Shown piece by piece: positions 56,440 through 64,000 of a stretch of 64,000 nucleotides of DNA. This stretch comes from Planococcus sp. (in: firmicutes) (GTDB lineage: Bacteria > Bacillota > Bacilli > Bacillales_A > Planococcaceae). Position 1 is the first letter of the stretch, and each line of letters opens with the position of its first letter. The stretch is taken from contig JBFEIJ010000006.1 in assembly GCA_041553775.1 (NCBI GenBank), positions 4,037-68,036 on the forward strand. The letters are read 5' to 3'. The notes beneath the pieces were generated by a model that was given only the letters and a program-made list of their open reading frames with translations, had not been told where the DNA came from and searched no databases. Made by a program: the position numbers and the translations under genes.

Positions 56440-57405
56440 TTAATCGTTCATCACAAGATTTGGTTTCTTCTTTAAGCTGTGACGGCCTTCAACAAAGCGG
56501 ACCGTACCAGATTTCGCGCGCATGACTAGTGTGTGACTTTCTGCAAAAGCGCCTTTAAATTGAACGCCGCGCAGCAACTCACCGTCTGTTACGCCTGTAG
56601 CCGCAAAAATCGCATCGTCGCCTTTGACAAGATCATCCATCATCAGAACTTTATTGACGTCGATTCCCATGTCTTTACAGCGCTGTGCTTCTTCTTCGTT
56701 TTGCGGAAGCAGTTTCCCTTGAAGTTCGCCGCCGAGGCATTTCAACCCGACTGCAGCGATAACGCCTTCAGGGGCTCCCCCGATGCCGAATAGGATATCG
56801 ACGCCGGTTTTATCGAAAGCTGTGTTGATCGCTCCCGCTACATCGCCATCTCCCATCAATTTAATGCGCGCACCTGCGGCACGGATCTGATCGATGATGT
56901 CTTTATGGCGCGGGCGGTCAAAAATTGTTGCGACCACATCTTCAATGTTTTTGTTTTTCGCTTTCGCGACAGCCCGAAGGTTATCAATCACTGGGGCATT
57001 AATGTCGATTTTACCAACGGATTCAGGTCCTACTGCAATTTTATCCATGTACATATCTGGAGCATTCAGCAAGTTTCCACGGTCAGCGATTGCTAATACA
57101 GCTAAGGCATTCCAGCCGCCAGCAGCTAAGATGTTTGTTCCTTCAAGAGGATCCACCGCAACGTCGACTTCTGGTCCTTGGCCTGTACCGAGCTCTTCAC
57201 CAATGTAAAGCATTGGCGCTTCGTCCATTTCGCCTTCGCCAATTACGACAACTCCACGCATTGGAATCGTATCAAACACATTGCGCATTGCTGTCGTCGC
57301 AGCATCATCCGCTTCGATTTTCAAGCCACGCCCCATCCATTTAGATGAAGCAATTGCAGCAGCTTCTGTAATTCGCACTAATTCCATCGATAAACTTCGT
57401 TCCAT
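56440..57405 (-). CDS. glpX: Class II fructose-1,6-bisphosphatase
   Basis: [28 protein letters not shown]. Confidence 0.96.
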   Translation of the reverse strand: MERSLSMELVRITEAAAIASSKWMGRGLKIEADDAATTAMRNVFDTIPMRGVVVIGEGEMDEAPMLYIGEELGTGQGPEVDVAVDPLEGTNILAAGGWNALAVLAIADRGNLLNAPDMYMDKIAVGPESVGKIDINAPVIDNLRAVAKAKNKNIEDVVATIFDRPRHKDIIDQIRAAGARIKLMGDGDVAGAINTAFDKTGVDILFGIGGAPEGVIAAVGLKCLGGELQGKLLPQNEEEAQRCKDMGIDVNKVLMMDDLVKGDDAIFAATGVTDGELLRGVQFKGAFAESHTLVMRAKSGTVRFVEGRHSLKKKPNLVMND

Positions 57406-57478
57406 TAGATCGATTCCTCCCGTTCAGCTATAACTCAATCATTCTAATTTTAGCATAATTCAATCAGCTAAAAAGAAA

Positions 57479-58777
57479 TCAATTTGCCGTTTGGTTCTGG
57501 TCAGATTTTTCACTCGAAGACGGATCAATCGTCTCTCTGCGAATATCTGCACCCAGTCCCTGAAGCTTATCGATAATTTTCGAATAGCCGCGTTCGATGT
57601 GGTAAATTTCACGAATTTCCGTTTCACCTTGTGCCATCAAACCAGCAATCACCAAAGCCGCTCCTGCACGAAGATCAGATGCCACAACTGACGCAGCTGT
57701 TAATGGCGTTGGCCCTGTAACGATAGCCGCACGACCTTCAACACGTCCGCTTGCGCCCATGCGACGGAATTCGTCAATGTGTTTAAAACGCGCTGAGTAA
57801 ATCGTATCTGTAATCATCGATGAACCCGTTGCTTGCGTCATTAAAGCGGAGAAAGGTTGTTGTAGATCTGTTGCAAAACCTGGATACACCAATGTTTTCA
57901 CATCGATTGCCGTTAATTGTTCCGGTTTCGGAATGTAAATCGATTCTTCGCCTTCTTGGACATCTACGCCCATTTCGCGAAGTTTCGCTGTTAATGCTTC
58001 CATATGGAAAGGAATTACATTATCAATGGTAATGCCGTCGCCGATTGCAGCTGCCATAATCATGAACGTACCCGCTTCGATGCGGTCAGGAATGATAGTA
58101 TGGTTGGTGCCATGAAGCTCTTCAACACCGTCAATGCGGATCACGTTCGTTCCTGCACCTTTGATTTTTGCGCCCATATTCGTTAACAATGTTGCAACGT
58201 CGATGATCTCCGGCTCTTTTGCCGCGTTTTCAATGACCGTTTGCCCTGTTGCTAGAACTGCCGCCAACATGATATTGATCGTTGCGCCTACGCTGACAAC
58301 ATCCAAATAGATTTTTGCGCCTTTAAGCTCATCTGCACGCAAGTAAATCGCACCGTGTTCGTTTGTTACTTTCGCACCCAAAGCTTCGAAACCTTTGATG
58401 TGTTGATCGATTGGGCGAGGACCTAAGAAACATCCGCCAGGAAGCCCGATTGCCGCATGTTTAAAACGACCAAGCATTGCACCCATCATATAATAAGAAG
58501 CGCGCAATTTTTTCACGTTGCCGTTCGGTAAAGGCATGTCGATCATTTTCGTCGGATCGATGTTCATAGTGCCGTCTTCAAAAGTTACTTCTCCACCGAT
58601 TTCTTCTAAAATGTTTTTCAATGTCCACACGTCTGAAATTTCCGGCAAGCCTTCAATTTCCACCGGGGAATTCGCCAATATTGATGCGGGAATCAATGCT
58701 ACTGCACTGTTTTTCGCCCCGTTTACTTTGATCGTACCTGTTAAGCGTTTACCGCCTTTAATTTTATATACATCCAT
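57479..58777 (-). CDS. murAB: UDP-N-acetylglucosamine 1-carboxyvinyltransferase 2 (MurAB/MurZ)
   Basis: [27 protein letters not shown]; position between tal and glpX. Confidence 0.93.
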   Translation of the reverse strand: MDVYKIKGGKRLTGTIKVNGAKNSAVALIPASILANSPVEIEGLPEISDVWTLKNILEEIGGEVTFEDGTMNIDPTKMIDMPLPNGNVKKLRASYYMMGAMLGRFKHAAIGLPGGCFLGPRPIDQHIKGFEALGAKVTNEHGAIYLRADELKGAKIYLDVVSVGATINIMLAAVLATGQTVIENAAKEPEIIDVATLLTNMGAKIKGAGTNVIRIDGVEELHGTNHTIIPDRIEAGTFMIMAAAIGDGITIDNVIPFHMEALTAKLREMGVDVQEGEESIYIPKPEQLTAIDVKTLVYPGFATDLQQPFSALMTQATGSSMITDTIYSARFKHIDEFRRMGASGRVEGRAAIVTGPTPLTAASVVASDLRAGAALVIAGLMAQGETEIREIYHIERGYSKIIDKLQGLGADIRRETIDPSSSEKSDQNQTAN

Positions 58778-58911
58778 TAATGTAAATTCTCCTTTGCCAT
58801 ACTTCCGAAAAGCAGGTGCTTTTACAGCCCCTGCCCTCTAAAAGTACGATTGGTTCTTCTAACATTCACCGGCTTAGAAATAATCGCTGAACGCAGATGC
58901 GCAATGCGCTA

Positions 58912-59562
58912 TTATTCAGCTGTACGCTTTTCCCAATCTGCAAGGAATGCTTCGATTCCTTTATCCGTTAATGGGTGTTTAAACATTTGCTCCATTACTT
59001 TGATTGGCATCGTGCCGATATGTGCACCGTTCAATGCCGCATCTGTTACGTGTTGTGGATGGCGGATTGAAGCTGCGATGATTTCTGTCTTAATGTCGTG
59101 GATTGCAAAGATTTCTGAAATAGTTGAGATTAAGTCCATGCCGTTATGACCGATATCGTCGAGACGTCCAAGGAATGGCGATACGTATGCCGCTCCCGCA
59201 CGTGCCGCTAATAGGGCTTGGTTTGCACTGAAGATTAACGTTACGTTAACTTTTTTGCCTTCGCTCGCTAATACCGCACAAGCTTTCAAGCCGTCTGGAG
59301 TCATCGGCAATTTAACTGTGATGTTCGGAGCAAGCGCTGCAAGTTCGCGACCTTCTTCGATCATGCCTTCTGCATCAAGTGCGATAACTTCGCCGCTGAT
59401 TGAACCATCGACTAATGCTGCGATTTCTTTTAAGCGGTCGTGGAAAGAAACGTTTTTCTCTTTCGCTACTAATGATGGGTTTGTTGTTACGCCTGAAAGA
59501 ATCCCCCACGCGTGTGCTTCTTTAATTTCTTCAAAGTTTGCTGTATCGATAAAAAATTTCAT
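58912..59562 (-). CDS. tal: Transaldolase / fructose-6-phosphate aldolase family
   Basis: [29 protein letters not shown]. Confidence 0.9.
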   Translation of the reverse strand: MKFFIDTANFEEIKEAHAWGILSGVTTNPSLVAKEKNVSFHDRLKEIAALVDGSISGEVIALDAEGMIEEGRELAALAPNITVKLPMTPDGLKACAVLASEGKKVNVTLIFSANQALLAARAGAAYVSPFLGRLDDIGHNGMDLISTISEIFAIHDIKTEIIAASIRHPQHVTDAALNGAHIGTMPIKVMEQMFKHPLTDKGIEAFLADWEKRTAE

Positions 59563-59655
59563 TTACTGTTCCTCCTGGTTTATGGAAAAGAGAGAAGAGA
59601 CCTATCGGACGCTTCTCTCTTTCATCCATCATGTAAGATTTATGTTGTTACGCTT

Positions 59656-60513
59656 TTATGCTTTGCCTGAACTTCCGAACTCACGCATTTTGCCTGCCAC
59701 TGTCGCTTGGATTGCATCGCGAGCTGGTGTCAAATATTTGCGCGGGTCATACATTTCAGCATCTTTCGCCAATGCTTCACGTACAGCTTTAGCCGAAGCG
59801 ATTTGGCTTTCCGTGTTGACGTTGATTTTCGACGTGCCTAATGAAACTGCGCGTTGAATATCTTTTGTCGGAATTCCTGTTCCTCCGTGAAGGACCAATG
59901 GAACGTCACATAACTGAGAAATTTCTTCCATTTCTTTAAAGCCAAGGTTTGGTTCGCCTTTATAAGGACCGTGTACAGAACCAAGTGCTGGCGCCAAGCA
60001 ATCGATGCCGGTTTGGTCGACAAGCGCTTTGCATTCTTGAGGATCAGCATAAGTAACGCCATCCGCGATCACGTCATCTTCCTGTCCGCCGACGATCCCA
60101 AGTTCTGCTTCAACAGAAACATTGTTCTTGTGCGCGTATTCTACAACTTGTTTTGTCGTTTCTACGTTTTCTTCGAACGGATGGTGGGATGCATCGATCA
60201 TCACAGAAGTGAAGCCGGCGTCAATCGCCTCTTTGCATTTTTCAAAGCTTGATCCGTGGTCAAGGTGGATCGCTACAGGAACAGTGATTTTATAGTCGTG
60301 CATCAAGCCTTTCACCATATGGACAACCGTAGTGAATCCGCCCATATAACGAGCTGCGCCTTCAGATACGCCTAGAATTACCGGCGAATTTTCCTCTTGT
60401 GCAGCTTTTAAGATTGCTTGAGTAAACTCAAGGTTATTTAAATTGAATTGGCCGATTGCATAGCCCTCTTTTTTACCTTTAATCATCATATCTTTCATTG
60501 AAACCAATGCCAT
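59656..60513 (-). CDS. fbaA: Class II fructose-bisphosphate aldolase
   Basis: HLDHG, GSVHG, LHGGTG, KINVNT. Confidence 0.96.
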   Translation of the reverse strand: MALVSMKDMMIKGKKEGYAIGQFNLNNLEFTQAILKAAQEENSPVILGVSEGAARYMGGFTTVVHMVKGLMHDYKITVPVAIHLDHGSSFEKCKEAIDAGFTSVMIDASHHPFEENVETTKQVVEYAHKNNVSVEAELGIVGGQEDDVIADGVTYADPQECKALVDQTGIDCLAPALGSVHGPYKGEPNLGFKEMEEISQLCDVPLVLHGGTGIPTKDIQRAVSLGTSKINVNTESQIASAKAVREALAKDAEMYDPRKYLTPARDAIQATVAGKMREFGSSGKA

Positions 60514-60599
60514 TGCAAATTTCCTCCTCAGCTGTGACTCTATCCGAATATCCTTTATACTATACCAAAATCAGCTTACTTTCGCCACTTTAGCATATA

Positions 60600-60959
60600 T
60601 CAGTCTGTTAACATTTCCTTTACAGCATCGCGCATTTCAAAGACATCGAACGGTTTTGTGTAATAACAACATGCCCCGCTAACCATCGATTCTTTGATGA
60701 CATCCAGCTCGCCGTAAGCTGTCATCATGATTACTTTGATATCCTCACGCATCTTTTTCAAGTTCTTCAGGATTTCAATGCCGTCCATGCCAGGAATTTT
60801 CATATCCAATAGCACAATATCCGGGGGAGTTTCCTCCGCCTGCTTTAAAGCCTGGGGCCCGTTTGCAGCCATCAAGGTATGAAATCCTTCTTTTTTAAAT
60901 ACTTCGTTCAACAAAAGACGAATCCCGGCTTGGTCATCGACTATCAGTATCGTTTTCAA
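60600..60959 (-). CDS. spo0F: Single-domain response regulator Spo0F
   Basis: [35 protein letters not shown]; canonical position upstream of fbaA. Confidence 0.9.
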   Translation of the reverse strand: MKTILIVDDQAGIRLLLNEVFKKEGFHTLMAANGPQALKQAEETPPDIVLLDMKIPGMDGIEILKNLKKMREDIKVIMMTAYGELDVIKESMVSGACCYYTKPFDVFEMRDAVKEMLTD

Positions 60960-61102
60960 GACCCCTCAATCCCTTCCCTACATTATGTTCATCTTACTAA
61001 ATTTGGGTAATATATTCTACATGCCATTGTCCTGGTTCGTTAAATAAAGACGTCCTGTCTATAAAAAAGATCGCAAGTTTGCGTACAGTTGTTAATGCTA
61101 TT

Positions 61103-61137
61103 AAAAAAACCTTTCCGAAATATTTCGGAAAGGTTTT
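61103..61137 (-). terminator. pyrG terminator
   Basis: AAAACCTTTCCGAAA-ta-TTTCGGAAAGGTTTT with a poly-T tail on the minus strand. Confidence 0.8.
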
Positions 61138-61150
61138 AAAAGCTTCTTTC

Positions 61151-62749
<1,599 letters not shown>

Positions 62750-62768
62750 CTATTCCTCCTCCGATTAT

Positions 62769-62888
62769 AAAAAAAATAAAAAGCGCTCCGCCTGCGAGGT
62801 GCAGGGGGAGCGCGTAGACTGTACGAATCATTTCTCCTAATTTTAAGGAGCCCAATAAAATCTTATCCAGTCCAGCCTCATAAGTCAA
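62769..62888 (-). promoter_or_regulatory. pyrG sigma-A promoter and CTP-sensing reiterative-transcription attenuator
   Basis: TTGACT (62883-62888), 17-bp spacer, TAAGAT (62860-62865), +1 region GGGCTC (62848-62853), then a leader terminator GCGCTCCCCCTGC...GCAGGCGGAGCGC-TTTTT containing GCTCCC. Confidence 0.85.
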
Positions 62889-62906
62889 GGTAAAAAAATG
62901 TTCAGA

Positions 62907-63482
62907 CTACTCTAAATCCTCGTCGTCATCTTCATCTTCATCGTCTTCTTCGTCGATGATATTGCCGTCCATGTCTTCGACAAGTACGTTAACATCTTCT
63001 TCGTCATCGTCATCGTAATCGACAGCGCCTGCTTCAGGTGATTTCAATAAATCATCTTCAGGTGCAACTTCTACGTCATCATCGTCATCGTCGTCGTCTT
63101 CATCAAAGTCATCAAATTCCAATTCGTCATCAAGTTCCAAGTCAAGGTCGTCGAAACCTTCGTCATCTGAAACTTTGGCTTTCTTCTTGCGCGCTTTAAC
63201 AGTTGGTGCAGATTCTTCTTCGATCTGCTCAACCGGGTACCATTCACGCAAGCCCCAACGGTTTTCGCCAAGGATCAAGAAGCGGCCGTCAATGTTCATA
63301 TCCGTATAGAACTGAACAAGGCGAGCTTTCATTTCCTCTTTTGAAAGGCCAAGCAAGTTCTCGATTTCTGTAATAAGCTCAGCGTATGTTTTTGTTTCGT
63401 GCGTTTCTTCGAGCATTGCATATGTTAAGTCAACAAATGACTCTTCGATTAGTTCGTCTCTAGATAATTCGCGTAATTTCAA
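62907..63482 (-). CDS. rpoE: RNA polymerase delta subunit
   Basis: QFYTD.NIDGRF....WGLREWYP, lysine tract, long acidic tail; upstream of pyrG. Confidence 0.96.
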   Translation of the reverse strand: MKLRELSRDELIEESFVDLTYAMLEETHETKTYAELITEIENLLGLSKEEMKARLVQFYTDMNIDGRFLILGENRWGLREWYPVEQIEEESAPTVKARKKKAKVSDDEGFDDLDLELDDELEFDDFDEDDDDDDDDVEVAPEDDLLKSPEAGAVDYDDDDEEDVNVLVEDMDGNIIDEEDDEDEDDDEDLE

Positions 63483-63544
63483 TCTGTGCACGTCCCTTCT
63501 ACTATCTTAACTTAATTCATTATATACAAAGTCGGTGCGCTCCG

Positions 63545-63706
63545 CTACCGTGTTTTCTTTTTTCTGTCCTTTAGTTGCATCCAGCCGAAAAAAAACAAGT
63601 AAAACGACAAGATCAGAAACGGAATCGAACCAAGCGCTTTATTGTAAAGGAAGAAAATTAGTACGATGCAAAGAATGATAATGATGTAGTGCACGTATTT
63701 CGGCAT
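63545..63706 (-). CDS. Small (53 aa) two-TM membrane protein, not in the ORF track
   Basis: MPKYVHYIIIILCIVLIFFLYNKALGSIPFLILSFYLFFFGWMQLKDRKKKTR*; GAAGGA upstream; basic C-terminal tail. Confidence 0.6.
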   Translation of the reverse strand: MPKYVHYIIIILCIVLIFFLYNKALGSIPFLILSFYLFFFGWMQLKDRKKKTR

Positions 63707-63820
63707 GGGCTTCCATCCTTCTTATTACCAACATTGAATTTTCTCTCATTATAACGAAATTCGACGCGCAATGCGACCTTCATCGCAAAGACTGGGAGAA
63801 TTCTTTATACGCGTGGGTGG

Positions 63821-64000
63821 ATTCTTGTTGAGCGCACGTAAATCTCCTCGAGCGCGCGTAAATTCTCTCGAGCGCGCGTAAATTCTCCCGAGCGCGCGTA
63901 AATTCTCTCGATCGCGCGTAAATTCTCTCGAGCGCGCGTAAATTCTCCCGAGCGCGCGTAAATTCTCTCGAGCGCGCGTAAATTCTCTCGAGCGCGCGTA
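63821..64000. repeat. 20-bp tandem repeat (satellite), truncated by the window end
   Basis: Consensus AATTCTCTCGAGCGCGCGTA; eight near-perfect units from 63841 plus a degenerate unit at 63821. Confidence 0.95.

Noticed and set aside
59255-59857. 200-aa plus-strand ORF and other antisense ORFs over housekeeping genes
   Set aside because: Shadow ORFs opposite well-conserved genes, with no RBS or recognisable motifs.
62907-63170. Low-complexity TCATCG/TCGTCG run as a DNA repeat element
   Set aside because: It encodes the normal Asp/Glu-rich tail of RNA polymerase delta.
63821-64000. CRISPR array
   Set aside because: Head-to-tail 20-bp units with no spacers.

Overview
Core-chromosome segment of a Bacillales bacterium, most likely an asporogenous Planococcaceae (Planococcus/Planomicrobium-like; inferred from gene order and protein sequences). 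Nearly all genes are on the minus strand. From left to right: (1) a wall teichoic acid/cell-wall polymer locus (partial TagF/TagB-like gene, GT2, GT2-TagF fusion, GT4, tagH, tagG, galE); (2) a Zn-ribbon/trypsin protease; (3) an amino-acid cluster (AGCS symporter, AmhX-like amidohydrolase, probable N-succinyl-Arg/Lys racemase, RocB, aminotransferase A, EamA); (4) an adaptor/Yip1-like pair, S66 LD-carboxypeptidase, SWIM+SNF2 pair and ssbB; (5) the conserved block fabZ-mbl-murA-atp operon-mnaA-upp-glyA-ywlG-rpiB-ywlE-sua5-prmC-prfA-tdk-rpmE-rho-glpX-murA2-tal-fbaA-spo0F-pyrG-rpoE, which lacks the sporulation and flagellar genes found at these positions in B. subtilis. The most unusual signals are non-coding: a ~225-bp composite repeat (five phased 21-bp motifs plus two palindromes) present as inverted arrays around a three-gene segment; six full and two partial copies of a ~120-bp hairpin repeat in and upstream of the atp operon; a ~75-bp mini-element nested in two unrelated repeat families; and a 20-bp satellite at the right edge. 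Also present are a DnaA-box cluster at sua5, a cysteine-less LOV-like/EAL protein and three unannotated small ORFs. No CRISPR array, transposase, rRNA or tRNA was seen. Start codons were adjusted from the ORF track where an RBS supported it. All family calls come from motif recognition, not database searches.
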